DNA of 64,000 nucleotides. Source: Eledone cirrhosa. Lineage: Eukaryota. The position numbers and the translations under genes were made by a program. Shown piece by piece: positions 23,401 through 41,400 of this stretch. Location of the stretch: positions 6,882,001-6,946,000 of the forward strand of contig OZ024745.1 of the NCBI GenBank assembly GCA_964016885.1. The letters are read 5' to 3'. The notes under the pieces were generated by a model, which had not been told where the DNA came from, ran no database searches, and saw only the letters and a program-made list of their open reading frames with translations. Every line of letters starts with the position of its first letter. The stretch's first letter is position 1.

Positions 23401-26400
23401 TATAGTATTTTATAGTATATATAGTATTGTCTATTGTATATATAATATTGTATATTATTGTATAGAATATAGTATATATAGTATTGTATATTATTGTATA
23501 GAATATAGTATTGTATAGTATATATAGTATTGTATAGTATATATAGTATTGTATAGTATATATAGTATTGTATATGGTATATATAGTATTGCATAGTATA
23601 TATAGGATTGCATAGTAGATATAGTATTGTATATAGTATATATAGTATTGTATATAGTATATATAGTATTGTATATAGTATATATAGTATTGCATAGTAT
23701 ATATAGTATTGTATATAGTATAAATAGTATTGCATAGTATATATAGCATATATAGTATTGTATAGTATATATAGTATTGTATAGTATATATAGTATTGTA
23801 TAGTATATATAGTATATATAGTATTGTATAGTATATATAGTATTGTATAGTATATATAGTATTGTATAGTATATATATAGTATTGTATAGTATATATATA
23901 GTATTGTATAGTATATATATAGTATTGTATATAGTATATATATAGTATTGTATATAGTATATATATAGTATTGTATAGTATATATATAGTATTGTATATA
24001 GTATATATATAGTATTGTAATAGTATATATATAGTATTGTATAGTATATATAGTATTGTATAGTATATATAGAATTGTATAGTATATATAGTATTGTATA
24101 GTATATATAGTATTGTATAGTATTATATGGTATATATAGTATTGTATAGTATATATAGTATTGTATAGTATATATAGTATTGTATAGTATATATATCGTA
24201 TATAGTATATATAATATTGTATAGTATATATAATATTGTATAGTATATATAGCATTCTATATAGTATATATGGCATTATATAATATATATAATATTGTGT
24301 ATAGTATATATAGTATTGTATATAGTATATATAGTATTGTATAACATATATAGTATTGTATATAGTATATATAGTATTATATAGTATATATAGCATTGCA
24401 TATAGTATATATAGTATTGTATAGTATATATAGTATATGTACTATTGTATATAGTATATGTAGTATTGTATATAGCATATATAGTATTGTATAGTATATA
24501 TAGTATAGTATATATATTATAGTATATATAGTATTTTATATAGTATATATAGTATTTTATATAGTATATATAGTATTGTATAGTGTATATCGTATTGTAT
24601 AGTATATATAATAGTGTATAGTATATATAATAGTGTATTGTATATATATTATTGTATAGTATATATAGTATTGTATATAGTATATATAGTATTGTATATA
24701 GTATATATAGTATTGTATATAGTATATATAGTGTTGTCTAGTATATATAGTAGTGTATAGTATATATAGTAGTGTATAGTATATATAGTAGTGTATTTTA
24801 TATATAGTAGTGTATAGTATGTAGTGTATAGTATATAGAGTATAGTATATAGAGTATTGTATATAGTATTGTATAGTATATATAGTATTGTATATAGTAT
24901 ATATAGTAATGTAATATATATATAGTATTATAATATATATATAGTATTGTAATATATATATAGTATTGTATAGTATATATAGTATTGTATAGTATATATA
25001 GTATTGTATAGTATATATAGTATTGTATAGTATATATAGTATTGTGTATAGTATATATAGTATTGTGTATAGTATATATAGTATTGTGTATAGTATATAT
25101 AGTATTGTATAGTATATATAGTATTGTATATTGTATATAGTATTGTATATAGTATATATAGTATTGTATTGTATATATAGTATTGTATTGTATATATAGT
25201 ATTGTATATAATATATATAGTATTGTATAGTATATATAGTATTGTATAGTATATATAGTAATGTGTATAGTATATATAGTAATGTGTATAGTATATATAG
25301 TAATGTGTATAGTATATATAGTAATGTGTATAGTATATATAGTAATGTGTATAGTATATATAGTAATGTGTATAGTATATATAGTAATGTATATAGTATA
25401 TATAGTAATGTATATAGTATATATAGTATTGTATATAGTATATATAGTATTATATATAGTATATATCGTATTGTATAGTATATATAGTATTGTATATAAT
25501 ATATATAGTATTGTATATAATATATATAGTATTGTATAGTATATATAGTATTGTATATTGTATATATAATATTGTATATTATTGTATAGAATATAGTATA
25601 TATAGTATTGTATAGAATATAGTATATATTGTATTGTATAGTATATATAATATTGTATAGTATATATAGTATTGTATATGGTATATATAGTATGGTATAT
25701 GGTATATATAGTATTGTATATGTTAAATATAGTATTGTATAGTATATATAGTATTGTATATAGTATATATAGTATTGCATAGTATATATAGTATTGCATA
25801 GTATATATAGGATTATATAGTAGATATAGTATTGTATATAGTATATATAGTATTGTATTGTATATTGTATAGTATATATAGTATTGTATATTATATATAG
25901 TATTATATAGTATTGTATAGTATTGTATAGTATATATAGTATCGTATAGTATTATATAGTATATATATTATTGTATAGTATATATATTATTGTATAGTAT
26001 ATATATTATTGTATAGTATATATATTATTGTATAGTATATATAGTATTGTATAGTATATATAGTATTGTATAGTATATACAGTATTGTATAGTATATATA
26101 GAATTTTATAGTATATATAGTATTGTATATAGTATTGTATATAGAATTGTATATAGTATATATATAGTATTGTATAGTATTTATATAGTATATATGGTAT
26201 TGTATAGTATATATAGTATTTATATAGTATATATGGTATTGTATAGTATATATAGTATTGTATATAGTATATATAGTATTGTATAGTATATAGAATATTG
26301 TGTATAGTATATATAATATTGCATAAAGTATATATAGTATTGTATATAGTATATATGGTATTGTATAGTATATATAGTATTGTATAGTATGTAAGGTATT

Positions 26401-29400
26401 ATATAGTATATGTAGTATTGTATAAAGTATTGTATATCTTATATATAGTATTTTATAGTAGATATATCGTATTGTATAGTACATATCGTATTGTATATAG
26501 TATATATAGTATTGTATATAGTATTGTATAGTATATATAGTATTTATAGTATATATAGTATTGTATAGTATATATATTGTATTGTATAGTATATATATTG
26601 TATTGTATAGTATATATCGTATTGTATATATAATATTGTATAGAATATATAGTATTGTATATAGTACATAGGGTATTGTATAGTATATATAGTATTGTAT
26701 ACAGTATATATAGTATTGTATAGTATATATAGTATTTATATATTATATATAGTATTGCATAGTATATATAGTATTTTATGGTATATATAGTATGTTATGG
26801 TATATATAGTATTGTATAGTATATATATTATTGTATATTGTATCGTATAGTATATATAGTATTTATATAGTATATATAGTATTTATATAGTATATATAGT
26901 ATTTATATAGTATATATAGTATTGCATAGTATATATATAGTATTGTATAGTATATATAGGATTGTATATAGTATATATAGTATTGTATATAGTATATATA
27001 GTATTGTATATAGTATATATATTATTGTATAGTACATATATTATTGTATAGTACATATAGTATTGTATATTATATATAATATTGTATAGTATATATAGTA
27101 TAGTATATAGTATTGTATATAGTATTGTATATATATATAGTATTGTATAGTACATATAGTATTGTATAGTATATATAGTATTGTATAGTATATATAGTAT
27201 TGTTTAGTATATATAGTATTGTATATAATATATATAATATTATATAATCTATATAGTATTCTATAATATAGTATTGTATAGTATATATAGTATTGTATAT
27301 AGTATATATAGTATTGTATAGTATATATAGTATTGTATAGTATATATAGTATTGTATAGTATATATAGTATTGTATATAGTATATATAGTATTGTATATA
27401 TTATATATAGTATTGTATATAGTATATATAGTATTGTATAGTATATATAGAATCGTATAGTATATAAAGTATTGTATAGTATATAAAGTATTGTATAGCA
27501 TATATAGTATTGTATAGTATATATAGTATTGTATAGTATATATAGTATTGTATAGTATATATAGTATTGTATAGTATATATAGTATTGTATAGTATATAT
27601 AGTATTGTATAGTATATATAGTATTTTATATAGTATATATAGTATTGTATATAGTATATATAGGATTGTATAGTATATATAGGATTGTATAGTATATATA
27701 GTATTGTATATAGTATTGTATAGTATTGTATATAGTATATATAGGATTGTATAGTATATATAGGATTGTATAGTATATATAGTATTGTATAGTATATATA
27801 GTATTGTATATAGTATTGTATAGTATATATAGTATTGTATAGTATATATAGTATTGTTTAGTATATATTGTATTGTATATAATATATATAATATTATATG
27901 ATCTATATAGTATTCTATAATATAGTATTGTATAGTATATATAGTATTGTATATAGCATATATAGTATTGTATAGTCTATATAGTATTGTAAATAGCATA
28001 TATAGTATTGTATCGTATATATAGTATTGTATAGTATATATAGTATTGTATAGTATATATAGTATTGTATAGTATATATAGTATTGTATATAGTATATAT
28101 AGTATTGTATATAGTATATATAGTATAGTATATGGTATATATAGTATTGTATATGGTATATATATTATTGTATAGTATCTATAGTATTGTATAGTATATA
28201 TAGTATTGTATATAGTAATGTATAGTATATATAGTATTGTATAGTATATATAGTATTGTATAGTATATATAGTATTGTATAGTATATATAGTATTGTATA
28301 GTATATATAGTATTGTATAGTATATATAGTATTGTATATAGTATATATAGTATTGTAAATAGTATATATAGTATTGTATATAGTATATATAGTATTATAT
28401 AGTATATATAGTATTGAATATTATATATAGTATTGTATAGTATATATAGTATTGTATATAGTATATATATTAATGTATTATATATATAATATTGTATAGT
28501 ATATATAGTATTGTATAGTATATATAGTATTGTATAGTATATATAGTATTGTATAGTATATATAGTATTGTATAGCATATATATTATTGTATATAGTAGT
28601 GTATAGTATATATATAGTATTGTATAGTATATATATAGTATTGTATAGTATATATAATATTGTATAGTATATATAGTATTGTATAGTATATATAATATTG
28701 TATAGTATATATAGTATTGTATAGTATATATAATATTGTATAGTATATATAGTATTGTATAGTATATATAGTATTGTATATAGTATATATAGTATTGTAT
28801 ATAGTATATATAGTATTGTATATAGTATATATAGCATTGTATAGTATATATAGTATTGAATAGTATATATAGTATTGTATAGTATATATAGTATTGTATA
28901 GTATATATAGTATTGTATAGTATATATAGTATTGTATAGTATATATATAGTATTGTATAGTATATATAGTATTGTATATAGTATATATATATAGCATTCT
29001 ATAGTATATATAGTATTGTATAGTATATATAGTATTGTATAGTACATATAGTATTGTATAGTATATATAGTATTGTATAGTATATATAGTATTGTATAGT
29101 ATATATAAAGTATTGTATAGTATATATATATCGTATTGTTATTAGTATATAGAGTATTGTATATAGTATATATAGTATTGTATATAGTATATATAGATTT
29201 GTATAGTATATATAGTATTGTATATAGTATATATAGATTTGTATAGTATATATAGTATTGTATATAGTATATATAGTATTGTGCATAGTATATATAGTAT
29301 ATATAGTATTGCATAGTATATATAGTATTGTATAGTATATATAGTAGTGTATAGTATATATAGGATTGTATAGTATATATAGTATTGTATATAGTATATA

Positions 29401-32400
29401 TAGTATTGTATATAGTATATATAGTATTGCATAGTATATATAGTATTGTATAGTATATATAGTAGTGTATAGTATATATAGGATTGTATAGTATATATAG
29501 TATTGTATATAGTATATATAGTATTGAATAGTATATATAGTATTGTATATAGTATATATAGTATTGTATAGTATATATAGTTTTGTATAGTATATATAGT
29601 TTTGTATAGTATATATAGTATTGTATATAGTATATATAGTATTGTATATAGTATATATAGTATTGTATATAGTATATATAGTATTGTATATAGTATATAT
29701 AGTATTGTATATAGTATATATAGTATTGTATATAGTATATATAGTATTGTATATAGTATATATAGTATTGTATATAGTATATATAGTATTGTATAGTATA
29801 TATAGTATTGTATAATATATATAGTATTGTATAGTATATATAGTATTGTATAGTATATATAGTATATATAGTATATATAGTATATATAGTATTGTATAGT
29901 ATATATAGTATATATAGTATATATAGTATATATAGTATTGTATAGTGTATATAGTATTGTATATACTATATACAGTATTGCATAGTATATATAGTATTGT
30001 ATAGTGTATATAGTATTGGATAGTATATATCGTATTGGATAGTATATATAGTATTGGATAGTATATATAGGATTGTATAGTATATATAGTATTGTATAGT
30101 ATATATAGTATTGTATAGTATATATAGTATTGTATAGTATATATAGTATTGTATATAGTATATATAGTTTTGTATAGTATATAGTATTGCATAGTATATA
30201 GAGCAGATATAGTATTGTATAGTATATATAGTATTGTATATAGTATATATATATAGTATTGTATAGTATATATAGTAATGTATAGTATATATAGTATTGT
30301 ATATAGTATATATAGTATTGTAATATATATATAGTATTGTAATATATATATAAGATTGTATAGTATATATAGTATTGTATAGTATATATAGAATTGTGTA
30401 TAGTATATATAGTATTGTATAATATATATAGTATTGTATAGTATATATAGTATTGTATATAGTATATATAGTATTGTATATAGTATATATAGTATTGTAT
30501 AGTATATATAGTATTGTATGTAATATATATAGTATTGTATAGGATATATAGTAATGTGTATAGTATATATAGTAATGTATATAGTATATATAGTATTGTA
30601 TATAGTATATATAGTATTGTATATAGTATATATAGTATTGTATAGTATATATAGTATTGTATATAATATATATAGTATTGTATATAATATATATAGTATT
30701 TTATAGTATATATAGTATTGTCTATTGTATATATAATATTGTATATTATTGTATAGAATATAGTATATATAGTATTGTATATTATTGTATAGAATATAGT
30801 ATTGTATAGTATATATAGTATTGTATAGTATATATAGTATTGTATAGTACATATAGTATTGTATATGGTATATATAGTATTGCATAGTATATATAGGATT
30901 GCATAGTAGATATAGTATTGTATATAGTATATATAGTATTGTATATAGTATATATAGTATTGTATATAGTATATATAGTATTGTATATAGTATATATAGT
31001 ATTGCATAGTATATATAGTATTGTATATAGTATAAATAGTATTGCATAGTATATATAGCATATATAGTATTGTATAGTATATATAGTATTGTATAGTATA
31101 TATAGTATTGTATAGTATATATAGTATAATATAGTATATATAGTATTGTATAGTATATATAGTATTGTATAGTATATATAGTATTGTATATAGTATATAT
31201 AGTATTGTATAGTATATATAGTATTGTATAGTAAATATAGAATTGTATATAGTATATGTAGTATTGTATATAGTATATATAGTATTGTATAGTATATATA
31301 GTATTGTATAGTATATATAGTATTGTATATAGTATAGACTATAGTATATATAGTATTGCATAGTATATATACTATTGTATAGTATATATAGGATTGTATA
31401 GTATATATAGGATTGTATAGAGTATATATAGTATTGTATATAGTATATATAGTATTGTATATAGTATTGTATATAGTATATATAGTATTGTATATAGTAT
31501 ATATAGTATTGTATAGTATATATAGTATTGTATATAGTATATATAGTATTGTATATAGTATATATAGTATTGTATAGTATATATAGTATTGTATAGAATA
31601 TATAGTATTGTATACAGTATATGAAGTATTGCATAGTATATATAGTATTGTATAGTATATATAGTAGTGTATAGTATATATAGTAGTGTATAGTATATAT
31701 AGTAGTGTATAGTATATATAGTAGTGTATAGTATATATAGTAGTGTATAGTATATATAGTAGTGTATAGTATATATAGTATTGTATATAGTATATATAGT
31801 ATTGTATATAGTATATATAGTATTGTATATAGTATATATAGTATTGTATATAGTATATATAGTATTGTATATAGTATATATAGTATTGTATATAGTGTAT
31901 ATAGTATATATAGTATTGTATAGTATATATAGTATTGTATAATATATATAGTATTGTATAGTATATATAGTATTGTATAGTATATATAGTATATATAGTA
32001 TTGTATAGTATATATAGTATATATAGTATATATAGTATATATAGTATTGTATAGTGTATATAGTATTGTATATACTATATACAGTATTGCATAGTATATA
32101 TAGTATTGTATAGTGTATATAGTATTGGATAGTATATATCGTATTGGATAGTATATATAGTATTGGATAGTATATATAGGATTGTATAGTATATATAGTA
32201 TTGTATAGTATATATAGTATTGTATAGTATATATAGTATTGTATAGTATATATAGTATTGTATATAGTATATATAGTTTTGTATAGTATATAGTATTGCA
32301 TAGTATATAGAGCAGATATAGTATTGTATAGTATATATAGTATTGTATATAGTATATATATATAGTATTGTATAGTATATATAGTAATGTATAGTATATA

Positions 32401-35400
32401 TAGTATTGTATATAGTATATATAGTATTGTAATATATATATAGTATTGTAATATATATATAAGATTGTATAGTATATATAGTATTGTATAGTATATATAG
32501 AATTGTGTATAGTATATATAGTATTGTATAATATATATAGTATTGTATAGTATATATAGTATTGTATATAGTATATATAGTATTGTATATAGTATATATA
32601 GTATTGTATATAGTATATATAGTATTGTATAGTATATATAGTATTGTATGTAATATATATAGTATTGTATAGGATATATAGTAATGTGTATAGTATATAT
32701 AGTAATGTATATAGTATATATAGTATTGTATATAGTATATATAGTATTGTATATAGTATATATAGTATTGTATAGTATATATAGTATTGTATATAATATA
32801 TATAGTATTGTATATAATATATATAGTATTTTATAGTATATATAGTATTGTCTATTGTATATATAATATTGTATATTATTGTATAGAATATAGTATATAT
32901 AGTATTGTATATTATTGTATAGAATATAGTATTGTATAGTATATATAGTATTGTATAGTATATATAGTATTGTATAGTATATATAGTATTGTATATGGTA
33001 TATATAGTATTGCATAGTATATATAGGATTGCATAGTAGATATAGTATTGTATATAGTATATATAGTATTGTATATAGTATATATAGTATTGTATATAGT
33101 ATATATAGTATTGCATAGTATATATAGTATTGTATATAGTATAAATAGTATTGCATAGTATATATAGCATATATAGTATTGTATAGTATATATAGTATTG
33201 TATAGTATATATAGTATTGTATAGTATATATAGTATAATATAGTATATATAGTATTGTATAGTATATATAGTATTGTATAGTATATATAGTATTGTATAG
33301 TATATATATAGTATTGTATAGTATATATATAGTATTGTATAGTATATATATAGTATTGTATATAGTATATATATAGTATTGTATAGTATATATATAGTAT
33401 TGTATATAGTATATATATAGTATTGTAATAGTATATATATAGTATTGTATAGTATATATAGTATTGTATAGTATATATAGTATTGTATAGTATATATAGA
33501 ATTGTATAGTATATATAGTATTGTATAGTATATATAGTATTGTATAGTATTATATGGTATATATAGTATTGTATAGTATATATAGTATTGTATAGTATAT
33601 ATAGTATTGTATAGTATATATATCGTATATAGTATATATAATATTGTATAGTATATATAATATTGTATAGTATATATAGCATTCTATATAGTATATATGG
33701 CATTATATAATATATATAATATTGTGTATAGTATATATAGTATTGTATATAGTATATATAGTATTGTATAACATATATAGTATTGTATATAGTATATATA
33801 GTATTATATAGTATATATAGCATTGCATATAGTATATATAGTATTGTATAGTATATATAGTATATGTACTATTGTATATAGTATATGTAGTATTGTATAT
33901 AGCATATATAGTATTGTATAGTATATATAGTATAGTATATATATTATAGTATATATAGTATTTTATATAGTATATATAGTATTTTATATAGTATATATAG
34001 TATTGTATAGTGTATATCGTATTGTATAGTATATATAATAGTGTATAGTATATATAATAGTGTATTGTATATATATTATTGTATAGTATATATAGTATTG
34101 TATATAGTATATATAGTATTGTATATAGTATATATAGTATTGTATATAGTATATATAGTGTTGTCTAGTATATATAGTAGTGTATAGTATATATAGTAGT
34201 GTATAGTATATATAGTAGTGTATTTTATATATAGTAGTGTATAGTATGTAGTGTATAGTATATAGAGTATAGTATATAGAGTATTGTATATAGTATTGTA
34301 TAGTATATATAGTATTGTATATAGTATATATAGTAATGTAATATATATATAGTATTATAATATATATATAGTATTGTAATATATATATAGTATTGTATAG
34401 TATATATAGTATTGTATAGTATATATAGTATTGTATAGTATATATAGTATTGTATAGTATATATAGTATTGTGTATAGTATATATGGTATTGTGTATAGT
34501 ATATATAGTATTGTGTATAGTATTGTATAGTATATATAGTATTGTATATTGTATATAGTATTGTATATAGTATATATAGTATTGTATTGTATATATAGTA
34601 TTGTATTGTATATATAGTATTGTATATAATATATATAGTATTGTATAGTATATATAGTATTGTATAGTATATATAGTAATGTGTATAGTATATATAGTAA
34701 TGTGTATAGTATATATAGTAATGTGTATAGTATATATAGTAATGTGTATAGTATATATAGTAATGTGTATAGTATATATAGTAATGTGTATAGTATATAT
34801 AGTAATGTATATAGTATATATAGTAATGTATATAGTATATATAGTATTGTATATAGTATATATAGTATTATATATAGTATATATCGTATTGTATAGTATA
34901 TATAGTATTGTATATAATATATATAGTATTGTATATAATATATATAGTATTGTATAGTATATATAGTATTGTATATTGTATATATAATATTGTATATTAT
35001 TGTATAGAATATAGTATATATAGTATTGTATAGAATATAGTATATATTGTATTGTATAGTATATTTAATATTGTATAGTATATATAGTATTGTATATGGT
35101 ATATATAGTATGGTATATGGTATATATAGTATTGTATATGTTAAATATAGTATTGTATAGTATATATAGTATTGTATATAGTATATATAGTATTGCATAG
35201 TATATATAGTATTGCATAGTATATATAGTATTGCATAGTATATATAGGATTATATAGTAGATATAGTATTGTATATAGTATATATAGTATTGTATTGTAT
35301 ATTGTATAGTATATATAGTATTGTATATTATATATAGTATTATATAGTATTGTATAGTATTGTATAGTATATATAGTATCGTATAGTATTATATAGTATA

Positions 35401-38400
35401 TATATTATTGTATAGTATATATATTATTGTATAGTATATATATTATTGTATAGTATATATATTATTGTATAGTATATATATTATTGTATAGTATATATAG
35501 TATTGTATAGTATATATAGTATTGTATAGTATATACAGTATTGTATAGTATATATAGAATTTTATAGTATATATAGTATTGTATATAGTATTGTATATAG
35601 AATTGTATATAGTATATATATAGTATTGTATAGTATATATAGTATTTATATAGTATATATGGTATTGTATAGTATATATAGTATTTATATAGTATATATG
35701 GTATTGTATAGTATATATAGTATTGTATATAGTATATATAGTATTGTATAGTATATAGAATATTGTGTATAGTATATATAATATTGCATAAAGTATATAT
35801 AGTATTGTATATAGTATATATGGTATTGTATAGTATATATAGTATTGTATAGTATGTAAGGTATTATATAGTATATGTAGTATTGTATAAAGTATTGTAT
35901 ATCTTATATATAGTATTTTATAGTAGATATATCGTATTGTATAGTACATATCGTATTGTATATAGTATATATAGTATTGTATATAGTATTGTATAGTATA
36001 TATAGTATTTATAGTATATATAGTATTGTATAGTATATATATTGTATTGTATAGTATATATATTGTATTGTATAGTATATATCGTATTGTATATATAATA
36101 TTGTATAGAATATATAGTATTGTATATAGTACATAGGGTATTGTATAGTATATATAGTATTGTATACAGTATATATAGTATTGTATAGTATATATAGTAT
36201 TTATATATTATATATAGTATTGCATAGTATATATAGTATTTTATGGTATATATAGTATGTTATGGTATATATAGTATTGTATAGTATATATATTATTGTA
36301 TATTGTATCGTATAGTATATATAGTATTTATATAGTATATATAGTATTTATATAGTATATATAGTATTGCATAGTATATATATAGTATTGTATAGTATAT
36401 ATAGGATTGTATATAGTATATATAGTATTGTATATAGTATATATAGTATTGTATATAGTATATATATTATTGTATAGTACATATATTATTGTATAGTACA
36501 TATAGTATTGTATATTATATATAATATTGTATAGTATATATAGTATAGTATATAGTATTGTATATAGTATTGTATATATATATAGTATTGTATAGTACAT
36601 ATAGTATTGTATAGTATATATAGTATTGTATAGTATATATAGTATTGTTTAGTATATATAGTATTGTATATAATATATATAATATTATATAATCTATATA
36701 GTATTCTATAATATAGTATTGTATAGTATATATAGTATTGTATATAGTATATATAGTATTGTATAGTATATATAGTATTGTATAGTATATATAGTATTGT
36801 ATAGTATATATAGTATTGTATATAGTATATATAGTATTGTATATATTATATATAGTATTGTATATAGTATATATAGTATTGTATAGTATATATAGAATCG
36901 TATAGTATATAAAGTATTGTATAGTATATAAAGTATTGTATAGCATATATAGTATTGTATAGTATATATAGTATTGTATAGTATATATAGTATTGTATAG
37001 TATATATAGTATTGTATAGTATATATAGTATTGTATAGTATATATAGTATTTTATATAGTATATATAGTATTGTATATAGTATATATAGGATTGTATAGT
37101 ATATATAGGATTGTATAGTATATATAGTATTGTATATAGTATTGTATAGTATTGTATATAGTATATATAGGATTGTATAGTATATATAGGATTGTATAGT
37201 ATATATAGGATTGTATAGTATATATAGTATTGTATATAGTATTGTATAGTATATATAGTATTGTATAGTATATATAGTATTGTTTAGTATATATTGTATT
37301 GTATATAATATATATAATATTATATGATCTATATAGTATTCTATAATATAGTATTGTATAGTATATATAGTATTGTATATAGCATATATAGTATTGTATA
37401 GTCTATATAGTATTGTAAATAGCATATATAGTATTGTATCGTATATATAGTATTGTAAATAGCATATATAGTATTGTATCGTATATATAGTATTGTATAG
37501 TATATATAGTATTGTATAGTATATATAGTATTGTATAGTATATATAGTATTGTATATAGTATATATAGTATTGTATATAGTATATATAGTATAGTATATG
37601 GTATATATAGTATTGTATATGGTATATATATTATTGTATAGTATCTATAGTATTGTATAGTATATATAGTATTGTATATAGTAATGTATAGTATATATAG
37701 TATTGTATAGTATATATAGTATTGTATAGTATATATAGTATTGTATAGTATATATAGTATTGTATAGTATATATAGTATTGTATAGTATATATAGTATTG
37801 TATATAGTATATATAGTATTATATAGTATATATAGTATTGAATATTATATATAGTATTGTATAGTATATATAGTATTGTATATAGTATATATATTAATGT
37901 ATTATATATATAATATTGTATAGTATATATAGTATTGTATAGTATATATAGTATTGTATAGTATATATAGTATTGTATAGTATATATAGTATTGTATAGC
38001 ATATATATTATTGTATATAGTAGTGTATAGTATATATATAGTATTGTATAGTATATATATAGTATTGTATAGTATATATAATATTGTATAGTATATATAG
38101 TATTGTATAGTATATATAATATTGTATAGTATATATAGTATTGTATAGTATATATAATATTGTATAGTATATATAGTATTGTATAGTATATATAGTATTG
38201 TATATAGTATATATAGTATTGTATATAGTATATATAGTATTGTATATAGTATATATAGCATTGTATAGTATATATAGTATTGAATAGTATATATAGTATT
38301 GTATAGTATATATAGTATTGTATAGTATATATAGTATTGTATAGTATATATAGTATTGTATAGTATATATATAGTATTGTATAGTATATATAGTATTGTA

Positions 38401-41400
38401 TATAGTATATATATATAGCATTCTATAGTATATATAGTATTGTATAGTATATATAGTATTGTATAGTACATATAGTATTGTATAGTATATATAGTATTGT
38501 ATAGTATATATAGTATTGTATAGTATATATAAAGTATTGTATAGTATATATATATCGTATTGTTATTAGTATATAGAGTATTGTATATAGTATATATAGT
38601 ATTGTATATAGTATATATAGATTTGTATAGTATATATAGTATTGTATATAGTATATATAGATTTGTATAGTATATATAGTATTGTATATAGTATATATAG
38701 TATTGTGCATAGTATATATAGTATATATAGTATTGCATAGTATATAAAGTATTGTATAGTATATATAGTAGTGTATAGTATATATAGGATTGTATAGTAT
38801 ATATAGTATTGTATATAGTATATATAGTATTGCATAGTATATATAGTATTGTATAGTATATATAGTAGTGTATAGTATATATAGGATTGTATAGTATATA
38901 TAGTATTGTATATAGTATATATAGTATTGAATAGTATATATAGTATTGTATATAGTATATATAGTATTGTATAGTATATATAGTTTTGTATAGTATATAT
39001 AGTTTTGTATAGTATATATAGTATTGTATATAGTATTGTATAGTATATATAGTATTTTATAGTATATATAGTATTGTATATAGTATATATATGGTATTGT
39101 ATAGTATATATAGTATTGTATATAGTATATATAGTATTGTGCATAGTATATATAGTATTTATATAGTATATATAGTATTGCATAGTATATATAGTATTGC
39201 ATAGTATATATAGTATTGTATAGTATATATAGTATTGTATAGCATATATAGTATTGTATAGCATATATAGTATTGTATAGTATATATAGTATTGTTTAGT
39301 ATATATAGTATTGTATATAATATATATAATATTATATAATCTATATAGTATTCTATAATATAGTATTGTATAGTATATATAGTATTGTATATAGTATATA
39401 TAGTATTGTATATAGTATATATAGTATTGTATAGTATATATAGTATTGTATAGTATATATAGTATTGTATATAGTATATATAGTATTGTATATATTATAT
39501 ATAGTATTGTATAGTATATATAGAATCGTATAGTATATAAAGTATTGTATAGTATATAAAGTATTGTATAGTATATATAGTATTGTATAGCATATATATT
39601 ATTGTATAGTATATATAGTATTGTATAGTATATATAGTATTGTATAGTATATATAGTATTGTATAGTATATGTAGTATTGTATAGTATATATAGTATTGT
39701 ATATAGTATATATAGTATTGTATATAGTATATATAGGATTGTATAGTATATATAGGATTGTATAGTATATATAGTATTGTATATAGTATTGTATAGTATA
39801 TATAGTATTGTTTAGTATATATTGTATTGTATATAATATATATAATATTATATAATCTATATAGTATTCTATAATATAGTATTGTATAGTATATATAGTA
39901 TTGTATATAGCATATATAATATTGTATAGTCTATATAGTATTGTAAATAGCATATATAGTATTGTATCGTATATATAGTATTGTATCGTATATATAGTAT
40001 TGTATAGTATATATAGTATTGTATAGTATATATAGTATTGTATAGTATATATAGTATTGTATAGTATATATAGTATTGTATAGTATATATAGTATTGTAT
40101 AGTATATATAGTATTGTATATAGTATATATAGTATTGTATATAGTATATATAGTATAATATATGGTATATATAGTATTGTATTTGGTTTATATATTATTG
40201 TATAGTATCTATAGTATTGTATAGTATATATAGTATTGTATATAGTAATGTATAGTATATATAGTAATGTATAGTATATATAGTATTGTATAGTATATAT
40301 AGTATTGTATAGTATATATAGTATTGTATAGTAGATATAGTATTGTATATAGTATATATAGTATTGTAAATAGTATATATAGTATTGTATATAGGATATA
40401 TAGTATTATATAGTATATATAGTATTGAATATTATATATAGTATTGTATAGTATATATAGTATTGTATATAGTATATATATTAATGTATAGTATATATAA
40501 TATTGTATAGTATATATAGTATTGTATAGTATATATAGTATTGTATAATATATATAGTATTGTATAGTATATATAGTATTGTATAGCATATATATTATTG
40601 TATATAGTAGTGTATAGTATATATATAGTATTGTATAGTATATATAATATTGTATAGTATATATAGTATTGTATAGTATATATAATATTGTATAGTATAT
40701 ATAGTATTGTATAGCATATATATTATTGTATATAGTATATATAGTATTGTATAGTATATATAGTATTATATAGTATATATAGTATTGTATAGTATATATA
40801 GTATTGTATATAGTATATATAGTATTGTATATAGTATATATAGTATTGTATATAGTATATATAGCATTGTATAGTATATATAGTATTGTATAGTATATAT
40901 AGTATTGTATAGTATATATAGTATTGTATATAGTATATATAGTATTGTATATAGTATATATAGTATTGTATATAGTATATATAGTATTGTATAGTATATA
41001 TAGTATTGTATAGTATATATAGTATTGTATATAATATATATAGTATTGTATATAATATATATAGTATTTTATAGTATATATAGTATTGTCTATTGTATAT
41101 ATAATATTGTATATTATTGTATAGAATATAGTATATATAGTATTGTATATTATTGTATAGAATATAGTATTGTATAGTATATATAGTATTGTATAGTATA
41201 TATAGTATTGTATATGGTATATATAGTATTGCATAGTATATATAGTATTGCATAGTATATATAGGATTGTATAGTAGATATAGTATTGTATATAGTATAT
41301 ATAGTATTGTATTGTATATATAGTATAGTATATATAGTATTGTATAGTATATATAGTATTGTATAGTATATATAGTATTGTATATAGTATATATAGTATT

